From: Kiritimatiellia bacterium
Lineage (GTDB): Bacteria > Verrucomicrobiota > Kiritimatiellia > RFP12 > UBA1067
DNA length: 64,000 nt
NCBI GenBank assembly: GCA_024694365.1
Contig: JAILJX010000040.1
Coordinates: 10,182 to 74,181, forward strand
Direction of reading: 5' to 3'
In this document: positions 9,059 through 18,517 of the stretch, one piece after another
Layout of the letters: each line of letters starts with the position of its first letter
Numbering within the stretch: position 1 is the first letter of the stretch
The notes under the pieces: generated by a model
Told to the model about the DNA's origin: nothing
Seen by the model: only the letters and a program-made list of their open reading frames with translations
Databases searched by the model: none
Position numbers and translations under genes: made by a program

Positions 9059-10285
9059 ATGACACATACATTCAAACATCTGACGGTGGCGTTGGCCGCG
9101 GGCGTTCTGTCGCTCGCGGCCTCCGCGGCTTCGACGGTCCGTCTTGTCCACGGCGGCGACTGGGACAAGGCGGGCAAGATCGTGAAGCGGACCCTCTCGG
9201 GCTCCAACTTCAAGTCGCTCGCCAAGGGGCGCTACGACGTGGAGTTCGTCGAGGAGAACGGCGACATGGAGAAGAAGAATCTCGGCTCCTGGTCGCTTCC
9301 CTGCATTTTCCTCATCTCCGGGAACGGAAACTGCTATTTCGTCCTGGAGAACGCCTCTTCGGGAACTTCTGCCGAGAGGTTTGCCGCCATTTTCAACAAG
9401 GCGGACGACATTCGCGAGGCTGCGGAAAAGAAGGGGTTCGGTACCGCCGACGATTGCGGAACGTTTCTCTACAAGATGGAGAAATATGTGGGCGGCCCGC
9501 GAAAGATCGTCTCGGACGGTTTCTATCCCGACATTTTCAAAAAGCTGAAGGAGCTCGATCCTTCCGACGAAACGGGATGGCAGCGCCATTTCACCCTCGG
9601 TCTTCCTCTGGACCGCTCCACCAAGGCCGACGGGCTCGAGCTCGTCATCAAGGCGAACGGTTTCCGCGAAAAGAAGAACTTCCAGGAAGGCGAGGCGTTC
9701 ATCGAATCGGAGAAGTCCCAGCCCCACAAGCGCCTCACCAAGGAGCAGAAGCAGGGGATACTCATGGCCCAGTTCGCCCTCCAACGCGACGACGCCTCCA
9801 AAAAGGACGAGTTGGACAAGATACTCGAGAAGGTCGCCGCATACGACGAGACGACTCTTTGGGGCACCGCCGCCCTCGGCTGGCTCAACATCCGCGGCAA
9901 GCCGCCGCTTTCCGTCTACTGGGGCTGGCACAACGGCGATTTCAAGGGGCAGAATTTCTCCAAGAGCGTGAAGTACGGCGTCGATTGGGCTTTCCCGCTT
10001 GCGGGCAAATACAAAATCAAGTTCGTCAATTCCGCCGGAACTCCCGTTAAGATCGGCTCCATAACCCTCTACGCCGGAAAGGGCAAGTCGCGCAAGGCGG
10101 TCGCTTCGCTCAAGAATCCCGAGGTGGACGGCTCTTCGTACGTTTTCGAGATGAAGCTTCCCCGCGCTTACCGCGGAAAGATGACGTCCATGCTCGTGAA
10201 GGGCGATGCTCCGGCGGATGGCGTCTCCAGCGGACAGATCCTCATCGAGCGACAGGTTCTGCGTCCGCGCAAAGAATTGAAGTGA
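9059..10285 (+). CDS. Secreted hypothetical protein
   Basis: 408-aa ORF with signal peptide and host-like codon usage, co-oriented with its neighbours. Confidence 0.7.
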   Translation: MTHTFKHLTVALAAGVLSLAASAASTVRLVHGGDWDKAGKIVKRTLSGSNFKSLAKGRYDVEFVEENGDMEKKNLGSWSLPCIFLISGNGNCYFVLENASSGTSAERFAAIFNKADDIREAAEKKGFGTADDCGTFLYKMEKYVGGPRKIVSDGFYPDIFKKLKELDPSDETGWQRHFTLGLPLDRSTKADGLELVIKANGFREKKNFQEGEAFIESEKSQPHKRLTKEQKQGILMAQFALQRDDASKKDELDKILEKVAAYDETTLWGTAALGWLNIRGKPPLSVYWGWHNGDFKGQNFSKSVKYGVDWAFPLAGKYKIKFVNSAGTPVKIGSITLYAGKGKSRKAVASLKNPEVDGSSYVFEMKLPRAYRGKMTSMLVKGDAPADGVSSGQILIERQVLRPRKELK

Positions 10286-10289
10286 TCCG

Positions 10290-12329
10290 ATGAACGAGGG
10301 CGCGTTTTTCAAGGACCTCGCGGTCATCATGGCTGTCGCGGGCGGGATGAGCCTTGTCTTTGCGCGCCTCAAATGGCCCAAGGTCTTCGGCTGCATCCTA
10401 GCCGGAATCCTCATGAGCGGCCACACTTTCGGCGGCGGACTCCTCGTCGAGGAGTCGAGCGTCCAGACCATCGGCCAGCTCGGCATCGTTTTCCTCATGT
10501 TTTCCATGGGGCTTGAGTTCTCGACTTCCGAGATGAAGAAGATCCGCAGCGTCGTCATACCCGTCGCCATCATAGACATTCTCCTGATGACGGGGATAGG
10601 GTATACGGTCGGACGCAATCTCTTCGGCTGGTCGTCGATACCCTCTCTCTTCCTCGGCGTCGCCATATGCGATTCGGCGACCACTCTTCTCGCCAAGATC
10701 ATCGGCGAATTGGGCTGGAACAGGAAGCCCTTCGTCAAATACGTGATGGGCGCGTCGGTCTGCGAGGACATCGTCTGCGTGGGCGCGATCGCCCTCGTCA
10801 CCGGTTTTGCGACGGGCCATGTCTCGTTCGCCGCGGCCGCGAGATCGCTCGGGGGGCTCGGCGTGTTCTTTCTCGTGACCCTCGTCGTGGGCTTCGTCAT
10901 CGTGCCTCGGCTTCTTAAGTCCATCATGAAGCGGTGCGACGACGAGGTTCTTTTGCTGACGATGCTCGGCTGCTGCTTTCTCGTTTCGTGGATCGCCTGG
11001 CAATTCGAGTTCTCCCTCGCCCTCGGCGCTTTCCTTGTCGGAATCGTCGGCTCGACGAGCGAGGCGAGATACAAGCTCGGCAAGCTCTTCGAGCCCCTGA
11101 AGGCGATGTTCGCCGCGGTGTTTTTCGTTTCCGTCGGCCTCCTCGTCGATCCTTCGCAGTGGCTCGCCAACCGCTGGGAGATACTCCTGCTGACGCTTGT
11201 CGTGGTCTTGGGGAAGTTCTTCAACTGCACTCTCGGAGCGCTTCTCGCCGGGGAAGACTTCAAGTCCTCCGTCCAGATCGGACTCTCCCTTGCGCAGATC
11301 GGCGAGTTCGCCTTCATGGTCGCCATGCTCTACGTGACCCTTACCCACGACACGGGAACCCCGATGTACCAGATCGTGGTCGCCGTATCGATCTTCTCGA
11401 CGCTCCTCAACCCGCTGCTGATACGGATATCCGACACCGCCGGCGAATGGCTCGCGGCGAAGCGTCCGAAGCGCCTCGAGGCCGCGATGGAGGGCTACCG
11501 CGCCCTTGTCATGAGGTTCAAGGCGAATTCCGGCCGTCCTTCAGCAGCCATGCGGGTCGTCCGCGCAAACGCCACCGTGATCGCGCTCATAGCGATCCTC
11601 AACTTCGCCGTCGCGTTCGTGTGCTCTCTCATGAACGGACGCATCTGGGGGCGCCCTGCCGGATTCTTCAACTGCCACAAAGGATTTTTCTTCTCCCTGA
11701 TAGTCAATCTTTTCATGGTCGCCGGGCTCGCGCCATCCGTGAAATCCGCCGCCCATCTCGGCGATGCTTTCGCGCGCGTGCTTGCCGGCGGACGCGAGGC
11801 CGCGTGGATGCAGCCTCTGCGCGGAACGGTGCGCCTTTTCGCCGTCGTCTCCGCGGGCGCGTTCTGGTTCCTCCAGCTTTCGGTCGTGAACGCCAACCTC
11901 CATCCCGAGGAGACCTGGGCGCAGTTCCTCATCCTCGGCCTCATGATCCTCGCCGCGGTGCTCGGATGGCGCTTCTTCCTGAAAAGCGCCGTGCGCGCGG
12001 GCAAGCGCCTCACCGAGGCGATGAACGCCGACGAACGCCTCCGCAACTTCACCCACGAAGTTCCCGACAACCCCCTCGTCCTCACCGTCCCCGCGGAGAA
12101 CGTCCACCAGATCATGGTCCCCGATCTTTCGCCTGCGATAGGCCTTTCGGTCGCACAGCTTGGAATCCGCGCAAAGACCGGCGCCAACATCATCCGTGTG
12201 AACAGGGACGGAAAACTTCACCGCAACACGGGGCCTGACTGGGTCTTCCGCGCCGGCGATCTCGTCGTCGCCTACGGAGACGGATCCCAGATCGCCGCGC
12301 TCAAGGACCTCTTCGGAGTGGTGTCCTGA
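10290..12329 (+). CDS. CPA2-family cation:proton antiporter with C-terminal RCK_C/TrkA-C domain
   Basis: LMFSMGLEFS, ED motif, ALGAFLVG, FFVSVG and LAQIGEFAF; C-terminal LGIRAKTGANIIRV.R. Confidence 0.9.
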   Translation: MNEGAFFKDLAVIMAVAGGMSLVFARLKWPKVFGCILAGILMSGHTFGGGLLVEESSVQTIGQLGIVFLMFSMGLEFSTSEMKKIRSVVIPVAIIDILLMTGIGYTVGRNLFGWSSIPSLFLGVAICDSATTLLAKIIGELGWNRKPFVKYVMGASVCEDIVCVGAIALVTGFATGHVSFAAAARSLGGLGVFFLVTLVVGFVIVPRLLKSIMKRCDDEVLLLTMLGCCFLVSWIAWQFEFSLALGAFLVGIVGSTSEARYKLGKLFEPLKAMFAAVFFVSVGLLVDPSQWLANRWEILLLTLVVVLGKFFNCTLGALLAGEDFKSSVQIGLSLAQIGEFAFMVAMLYVTLTHDTGTPMYQIVVAVSIFSTLLNPLLIRISDTAGEWLAAKRPKRLEAAMEGYRALVMRFKANSGRPSAAMRVVRANATVIALIAILNFAVAFVCSLMNGRIWGRPAGFFNCHKGFFFSLIVNLFMVAGLAPSVKSAAHLGDAFARVLAGGREAAWMQPLRGTVRLFAVVSAGAFWFLQLSVVNANLHPEETWAQFLILGLMILAAVLGWRFFLKSAVRAGKRLTEAMNADERLRNFTHEVPDNPLVLTVPAENVHQIMVPDLSPAIGLSVAQLGIRAKTGANIIRVNRDGKLHRNTGPDWVFRAGDLVVAYGDGSQIAALKDLFGVVS

Positions 12330-12394
12330 TTGGGTTTGCCGTTTCAGGACGTTCCGCCGCTATTGATTTTATTGAACTTTTTTCATTTACCCCC

Positions 12395-12423
12395 TTGCAA
12401 ACGCCAGTAAATATTGGTATATT
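12395..12423 (+). promoter_or_regulatory. Sigma70-type promoter for the HU gene
   Basis: TTGCAA-17 bp-TATATT with an upstream AT tract. 5'UTR hairpin CTTGAGACGGA-TGG-TCCGTCGCAAG. Confidence 0.6.
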
Positions 12424-12476
12424 ATAACCAAACTTGAGACGGATGGTCCGTCGCAAGACAAAAGGATCAAACTAAA

Positions 12477-12779
12477 ATGGCTAAGAAAGAAGTCGTCCCG
12501 ACCACCAAGAGTGGCATCATGGCCGCCCTCGCCGAAGCTGGCGAGATCAGCAAGAAGCAGGCTGTCGCAGTTTACGACAGGCTCGTCGATATTGCGATCA
12601 AGGGCGCAAAGCAGGAAGAGAAGGGTCTCACGCTGCCGGGAATCGGCAAGGTGAAGCTCGTCAAGCGTCCCGCGCGCATGGGCCGCAATCCCGCGACCGG
12701 CGAGACGATCAAGATCAAGGCCAAGAAGGTCGTCAAGATCCTCGCGTGCAAGGCGTTCAAGGACGCGATCCTCGGCTGA
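12477..12779 (+). CDS. hup: HU-family nucleoid DNA-binding protein
   Basis: 100 aa, basic; RPARMGRNPATGETIKI motif. Confidence 0.95.
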   Translation: MAKKEVVPTTKSGIMAALAEAGEISKKQAVAVYDRLVDIAIKGAKQEEKGLTLPGIGKVKLVKRPARMGRNPATGETIKIKAKKVVKILACKAFKDAILG

Positions 12780-12802
12780 GGCCGCGCAGCTTTTGACTGT
12801 GG

Positions 12803-12832
12803 AAGGCGCGGCGTTTGCCGCGCCTTTTCTTT
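12803..12832 (+). terminator. Rho-independent terminator after HU
   Basis: AAGGCGCGGC-GTTT-GCCGCGCCTT followed by TTCTTT. Confidence 0.85.
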
Positions 12833-12856
12833 GGATTCCTTTTCATCCCGCTTTCG

Positions 12857-13696
12857 ATGGACAAGCCGGACCACAACCGCCAGCCCAAAGCCGCCGTGAT
12901 CAACGATTTCACGAGTTTCGGCCGCTGCTCGCTCGCAGTGTCACTCCCCATCCTTTCCGCGATGAAGGTTCAGTGCTGCGCCGTCCCGACCGCCATCTTC
13001 ACCAACCATACCGGCTTTCCGCACTTCTCCTGGCGCGACTGCACCGACCGCCTCGACGACTACATACGCGATTGGCGCGCCACTGGGCTATCCTTCGACG
13101 CCATATCGTCCGGCTTTCTCGGCTCCGCGCGCCAGGTGAATTTCGTCAAACGCTTCGTCGAGGAGTTTCGCGGCGAGACGTCCATCGTCGTCGCCGACCC
13201 CGTCATGGGCGACGGCGGCATGCTCTATCCGACATACGACAGGACTCTCGCGGAGTCGATGCGCCTGCTCCTTTCTTTCGCGGACGTCCTCACCCCGAAC
13301 CTTACCGAGGCTTGCGTTCTCGCCGGCGTCCCCTACGATCCGTCGATTTCAGACAAGGCCCTCGCTTCTCTCGGAGAAAAGCTGCTCGACGGCCATGCCG
13401 ACCGCGCGGTGATCTCCGGCGTCGTGCGCGGAGACCTGATCGTCAACACAGTCTGCGAACGCGGACGTGACACCGTTTTCATCAAGACTCCGAAGATCGG
13501 CCCCGACCGCAGCGGGACGGGGGACGTCTTTTCCGCCGTGATCACAGGTGCGCTCGTGCGGGGTTCCCGCTTCCCGGAGGCGGTTCGCCTCGCCGCCGAT
13601 TTCACCGGCAAGGCCGTCGCCCGCACCGTCGAACTCGGACTCCCCGCCACGGATGGACTGGCCATCGAGGAAGTCCTGGGGGAACTCGCGAAATGA
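12857..13696 (+). CDS. pdxK: Pyridoxal/pyridoxamine kinase
   Basis: GRCSL, TNHTG, DPVMGDGG, LTPNLTEA and SGTGDVF motifs (ribokinase fold). Confidence 0.88.
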   Translation: MDKPDHNRQPKAAVINDFTSFGRCSLAVSLPILSAMKVQCCAVPTAIFTNHTGFPHFSWRDCTDRLDDYIRDWRATGLSFDAISSGFLGSARQVNFVKRFVEEFRGETSIVVADPVMGDGGMLYPTYDRTLAESMRLLLSFADVLTPNLTEACVLAGVPYDPSISDKALASLGEKLLDGHADRAVISGVVRGDLIVNTVCERGRDTVFIKTPKIGPDRSGTGDVFSAVITGALVRGSRFPEAVRLAADFTGKAVARTVELGLPATDGLAIEEVLGELAK

Positions 13697-14307
13697 TGAC
13701 AATAACCTACATCGTCAAGAACGCCGTCTACGTAAACCTCACCAACCGCTGCCCCTGCGCATGCACGTTCTGCCTGAGGGCCAACGGACCCGGCGTCTAC
13801 GGTTCCGGTCCTCTCTGGCTCGACAGGGAGCCGACTCTCGCCGAGGCGATCGCGTCCGTCGACTCGTGCGATTTCTCCCGCTACCGCGAGCTCGTCTTCT
13901 GCGGCTACGGCGAGCCGACGGAGCGTCTCGACGATCTTCTCGAAATCGCCAGGCACGTCCGCAAGACTTATCCCCGCGTGAAGATACGCGTGAACACCAA
14001 CGGACTTTCTGACCTCATCGCCGGCGAGTCCACGGCCCATCGTTTCGGGGGCCTTGTGGACGTTCTCTCCATAAGCCTGAACACTCCGGATCCTGCCGAA
14101 TACCTCGCCGTATGCCGTCCCCGCTTCGGGGAAGCCGCATATCCCGCTCTCCTCGCCTTCGCGAAGGAGGCACGCAGATACGTCCCCGATGTCGTGATGA
14201 CTGTCGTCGGCGAACCGGTCACGTCGAAGGAGAAGCAGGAGCGCTGCCGGGAGATATGCGAATCCCTCGGCGTGCGCCTGCGCGTGCGTCCGTACGAAAC
14301 CCCTTGA
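13693..14307 (+). CDS. Radical SAM protein of the TatD-associated type
   Basis: YVNLTNRCPCACTFCLR, VFCGYGEPT, RVNTNG and SISLN motifs. Confidence 0.85.
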   Translation: MMTITYIVKNAVYVNLTNRCPCACTFCLRANGPGVYGSGPLWLDREPTLAEAIASVDSCDFSRYRELVFCGYGEPTERLDDLLEIARHVRKTYPRVKIRVNTNGLSDLIAGESTAHRFGGLVDVLSISLNTPDPAEYLAVCRPRFGEAAYPALLAFAKEARRYVPDVVMTVVGEPVTSKEKQERCREICESLGVRLRVRPYETP

Positions 14308-14358
14308 TTCCGCGCTGACGCCCCGGCGCTCCGGATGTTTTTCGCCGCTTTCCCGCTG

Positions 14359-14392
14359 TTGCAATATTGCGGGAAATGCGGTACAATATTGT
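14359..14392 (+). promoter_or_regulatory. Recombinase promoter overlapped by two CAATATTG palindromes
   Basis: TTGCAA-17 bp-TACAAT; CAATATTG at 14362-14369 and 14384-14391. Confidence 0.55.
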
Positions 14393-14414
14393 CGTGACAA
14401 GGAGATTCTCGAGG

Positions 14415-15080
14415 ATGTCGAAAGCAGAAAAAAATACGGCGGCGGGCAGAAAAGATGCGGCGGCGGGCAGGACGTTCGGGTACGCAAGGGTGTCGAGCAG
14501 CGACCAGAATTGCGCACGCCAGATTGCGGCGCTCTGCGCAGCCGGGGTCGAAAAAAGTTCCATATTCGTGGACCACAAGAGCGGACGCGACTTCGACCGC
14601 CCCGCATGGAAGAAAATGAGGCGCATTCTCAGGCAGGGGGACCTGCTTGTCATGCAGACTCTCGACAGGTTCGGCAGAAGCTACGACTACATGGTGGACG
14701 AATGGCAGAATCTCGTAAACCGCAAAGGCGTCGACATCAGAATCCTGGACATGCCGATCCTCGACACGCGGCAAGGCATCGGCAACCTCACCGGAAAATT
14801 CATTTTCGACATCGTCCTCAGGCTTCTTTCCTATCTTGCCGAGACGGAGCGGACCAACATACGCGAGCGCCAACGGCAGGGCATCGCGATCGCGCGCAGC
14901 AAAGGCGTCGTCTTCGGGCGCCCGCGCATCAAGCTTACGCCCGAACGCCGCAAATACCTCGCCGACGCCAAAGCCGGGCGCATGGAAGTCGGAATGGCCG
15001 CGGCCGCGTGCAAAGTCTCCATGTCGACAATGCGTAGGTGGATGAATGTCACCATCCCGCCCGTGAAAGGGGGCGGCTGA
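14415..15080 (+). CDS. Small serine recombinase (resolvase/invertase) with C-terminal HTH
   Basis: GYARVSS catalytic motif, LDRFGRS and ERTNIRERQRQGIAIA..G..FGRP. Confidence 0.93.
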   Translation: MSKAEKNTAAGRKDAAAGRTFGYARVSSSDQNCARQIAALCAAGVEKSSIFVDHKSGRDFDRPAWKKMRRILRQGDLLVMQTLDRFGRSYDYMVDEWQNLVNRKGVDIRILDMPILDTRQGIGNLTGKFIFDIVLRLLSYLAETERTNIRERQRQGIAIARSKGVVFGRPRIKLTPERRKYLADAKAGRMEVGMAAAACKVSMSTMRRWMNVTIPPVKGGG

Positions 15081-15140
15081 CCGGCGCACTGTCCTTTCGG
15101 GCAGTGGCGCGAAGTGCGCCGATATGGTAGAATGGCCGCC

Positions 15141-16265
15141 ATGAAAATCCATGCCATCGTTCTCTCTGTTTTCGCCGTTGCGGTCTCCGGCCATGCAGCC
15201 GATCCCGTTCTCAAGGATGCTTTCGGCGGACGCTTCAGCCTAGGCGCCGCGATATCCGCCCCCGTATGGACGGGGGACGCTTCCCGCGACCGCAACACTC
15301 TTCTGCGCCACTTCAATTCGATAACGGCCGAGAACGAGATGAAGCCATGCGCGCTTCAGCCGGAGGAGGGTTCGTTCGACTGGAGCGTCTCCGACAGATT
15401 CGTCGAATTCGGCGAGAAGAACGGAATGAAAATCGTCGGCCACTGCCTCGTATGGCACAACCAGACGCCGGGATGGTTCTTCAAGGGCGGGGACGGGAAG
15501 GACGCCGACAGGGAAACTCTCATAAACCGCATGCGCTCCCACATACATGCTGTCGTAGGCCGGTACAAAGGGCGGGTATATGGCTGGGATGTCGTAAACG
15601 AGGCTTTCGGCGATGACGGAAAGCTTCACGACTCTCCCTGGCTGAGAATCGTCGGTCCCGACTTCGTCGAGCTCGCTTTCCGCTTCGCGCACGAAGCCGA
15701 CCCCTCCGCCGAGCTGTACTACAACGATTTCGGCATGGCTGGCGAAAAGAAGCGCCGCGCCGTCGTGAACATGGTGAGGGATTTCAGGGCGAAGGGGATT
15801 CGCATCGACGGCATAGGCATGCAGACCCACGTAAACCTTGCAGACCCCGACGTGAAGGAGTGGGAGAAGTCGCTTGAAGCGTTCGCCTCCGAGGGCGTGA
15901 AGGTGATGGTCACCGAAATGGACGTAAGCGTCCTTCCTTCCGCATGGGATCTTTCCGCCGAGATAACCGGCTTCAGAAAATACGACCCGAAGTTCGACCC
16001 GTGGAGGGAATCGCTTCCCGCAGGAATGGAAGAGCGGCTCGCGAAGCGCTACGGGGAGTTCTTCAAAGTCCTCCTCTCCCATTCCGCCAGCGTCGACCGC
16101 GTCACTCTGTGGGGCGTGGAGGACGGCTCCAGCTGGCTCAACGGCTTCCCGATGCGCGGACGCACCGACTATCCTCTTTTCTTCGGACGCGACGGAAGGA
16201 TGAAGCTCTGCGCCCGCCGCGTAGCCTCGCTTGAAGTCCCCGAGGCTCCTGCGCATTCTCCGTAG
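15141..16265 (+). CDS. Endo-1,4-beta-xylanase, GH10, secreted
   Basis: ENEMKP, GHCLVWHNQTP, WDVVNE (acid/base), YNDF, GMQTH and VTEMD (nucleophile). Confidence 0.95.
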   Translation: MKIHAIVLSVFAVAVSGHAADPVLKDAFGGRFSLGAAISAPVWTGDASRDRNTLLRHFNSITAENEMKPCALQPEEGSFDWSVSDRFVEFGEKNGMKIVGHCLVWHNQTPGWFFKGGDGKDADRETLINRMRSHIHAVVGRYKGRVYGWDVVNEAFGDDGKLHDSPWLRIVGPDFVELAFRFAHEADPSAELYYNDFGMAGEKKRRAVVNMVRDFRAKGIRIDGIGMQTHVNLADPDVKEWEKSLEAFASEGVKVMVTEMDVSVLPSAWDLSAEITGFRKYDPKFDPWRESLPAGMEERLAKRYGEFFKVLLSHSASVDRVTLWGVEDGSSWLNGFPMRGRTDYPLFFGRDGRMKLCARRVASLEVPEAPAHSP

Positions 16266-16421
16266 GGGAAAACCGCGCCGTTCACAGGTTTTGAACCGAA
16301 GCCGTCCTCTTGTCCCCGGGATGGCGCCAGGACGATCCCGGAAACCGGGACTTCTGCACCCCGGCCCGCAATTCCCCCGGCGCCTTGGGCGTGCGCCGTA
16401 TTTTTGGTATAATACTGCCGT

Positions 16422-17894
16422 ATGAAACTTATGAATACGATTGCTGCCGTCTCGGCCCTCGCTTTCGCTTTCCGTGTCGAGGCGTCCTTCTCCGTCCATG
16501 TTTGGCGCGGGGAGACGAAGTACGTCAACATCCCGTCCGGCTGCGCTGGGTCCCTCATGAAGGAGAACGGAGCGGAAAAGGATGGCGTCCGTCTCGCGCT
16601 CGCATGCTATGACGATGTCGCCTACGAGAAAACTCCCGGCGGAGAGAGGTTCTTCCGCCCTGACGTCTTCCGCGAGCTTCCGCCGGGAAGCGCAAAGATC
16701 CCGACCCTTTGCAGGCTCTCCGTTTCGCCCGGAGCGAAGAGCGGCAGCCGCACGTTCGGCCCGATGGAAGTTGTCGTCTCCGGGAGAGTGCTCCCTCCCG
16801 CAAGCGATTGGAAGTACCGCCTCGACCTCTGGCAGCATCCCTGGGCTGTCGCGCGCTATTTCGGCGTGAAGCCGTTTTCCGGCGAGCATTATGCGAAGAT
16901 GGAGATCGTCTGGCGCGCGCTTGCGGATTGCGGCGTGAAGACGCTCACCACTACGATACTCGACCTCCCCTGGAACCACCAGTGCTACGACGGCTACGCC
17001 TCGATGGTCGGACGCGTCAAGACTGCCGACGGCAAGTGGCGGTTCGACTGGTCGATTTTCGACGAATATGTCGAATTCGGCAGGAAGTGCGGCATCGGAC
17101 CTTCCATCGCATGCTATACGATGTGTCCGTGGGGCTACATGGCGAGCTGGCATGACGAAAACGGCGAAGAGCACCGCGAGAAGCTTCTCCCCGGAACGCC
17201 CGCCTTCGAGGATTACTGGGGGGATTTCCTCGTCGCCTTCGCAGCCCACCTCAAGGAGAAGGGCTGGTTCGACGACACCGTCATCGCCATGGACGAGCGC
17301 GGACCCGAGGACGTGAAGCTCATCGCCCGTTTCATCCAGGAGAAGGCTCCCGGCATGAAGATATCCATGGCGGGCGACAGGAAGCCCTCCGCCTTCAAGG
17401 GGATAAAGATAGACGAGTACAGCCAGGGACTCTCGTGCCTGACCGAAGACTTCCTTCCGGAGCTTCCCGCGAGGGCGGAGAAGGGGATGAAGACGACGTT
17501 CTACGTCTGCTGCAATCCCGTCCGGCCGAACACCTTCATGGAGAGTCCCGAAGACGAGGCGTTCTGGATTGGCGCATATCCTGTCATGGCTGGGTTCGAC
17601 GGATTCCTCCGCTGGGCGGCGAACAGCTGGCCAGAGGACCCGTACAAGGACGCATCCTTCAAGACGGCGAACTGGAAGGCGGGCGACACGTATCTCGTCT
17701 ATCCCTCGGGCGAGCTCTCCTCGCGCATGATATCCCTTAGGGCCGGAATCGTCGCCGCCGAAAAGATGGCGATCCTCGGCAAAGGGGAGCGGATGAAGGA
17801 GATCGCCTCGCGCTGCGGATGGAGGGAAGCGATGTCCGGCGAAGCCGATTTTTCCGCCTTCCGCCGCGAAGTCGAAAGCCTCGTCGCCGACTGA
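16422..17894 (+). CDS. DUF4091/GH123-like glycoside hydrolase (beta-N-acetylhexosaminidase-like), secreted
   Basis: LDLWQHPWAVARY, IAMDER, TTFYVCC, PNTF, GFLRWA and AGDTYLVYP motifs; signal peptide. Confidence 0.8.
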   Translation: MKLMNTIAAVSALAFAFRVEASFSVHVWRGETKYVNIPSGCAGSLMKENGAEKDGVRLALACYDDVAYEKTPGGERFFRPDVFRELPPGSAKIPTLCRLSVSPGAKSGSRTFGPMEVVVSGRVLPPASDWKYRLDLWQHPWAVARYFGVKPFSGEHYAKMEIVWRALADCGVKTLTTTILDLPWNHQCYDGYASMVGRVKTADGKWRFDWSIFDEYVEFGRKCGIGPSIACYTMCPWGYMASWHDENGEEHREKLLPGTPAFEDYWGDFLVAFAAHLKEKGWFDDTVIAMDERGPEDVKLIARFIQEKAPGMKISMAGDRKPSAFKGIKIDEYSQGLSCLTEDFLPELPARAEKGMKTTFYVCCNPVRPNTFMESPEDEAFWIGAYPVMAGFDGFLRWAANSWPEDPYKDASFKTANWKAGDTYLVYPSGELSSRMISLRAGIVAAEKMAILGKGERMKEIASRCGWREAMSGEADFSAFRREVESLVAD

Positions 17895-17944
17895 CCCTTC
17901 GATGTTGATGCGGACGGCGCGAATTTGTGGTATAATATCCATCC

Positions 17945-18517
17945 ATGTGGGATTATTCAGAGACTTTGATGGACCACTTCCGCCATCCGCGGAACGTTGG
18001 CAAAATAGACAACCCTGACGGAGAGGCGACCGTCGGCTCGCTCGCATGCGGAGACGCCCTCCGCTTCCAGTTCAAGCTGGGTCCGGACGGACGTATCGCC
18101 GACGCGAAATTCCAGACTTTCGGCTGCGCGAGCGCGATAGCCTCGAGCTCCGCCCTTACCGAGATGGTGATCGGCAAGACTCTCGACGAGGCGCGCAAGG
18201 TCACCAACAAGCAGATAGCCGACTACCTCGGCGGGCTCCCGCCCCAGAAGATGCACTGCTCCGTCATGGGGCGCGAGGCCATGGAGGCCGCGATAAAGAA
18301 CTACGAGACCGGCGAGAACGCCGACCGCAATCTCGAGGACGAGGTCCTTTGCACCTGCTACAACGTCTCCGAGAACGAGGTCAGGCGCGTCATAACCGAA
18401 AACGGCCTCACGACCGTCGAGGAGGTCACCAACTACACCAAGGCGGGCGGCGGCTGCGGACGCTGCAAGGGCAAGATCGCGAAGATTCTCGAAGAGATCA
18501 GCGGAGTCTCCGCATGA
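17945..18517 (+). CDS. nifU: NifU-type Fe-S scaffold (IscU domain + BFD-like [2Fe-2S] domain)
   Basis: HPRNVG, CGD, TFGCASAIAS and KMHCS, then CTC...GGGCGRC. Confidence 0.92.
   Translation: MWDYSETLMDHFRHPRNVGKIDNPDGEATVGSLACGDALRFQFKLGPDGRIADAKFQTFGCASAIASSSALTEMVIGKTLDEARKVTNKQIADYLGGLPPQKMHCSVMGREAMEAAIKNYETGENADRNLEDEVLCTCYNVSENEVRRVITENGLTTVEEVTNYTKAGGGCGRCKGKIAKILEEISGVSA

Noticed and set aside
16266-16421. GC-rich intergenic stretch as an ncRNA or tRNA
   Set aside because: No cloverleaf, T-loop or convincing long stem could be identified by eye.
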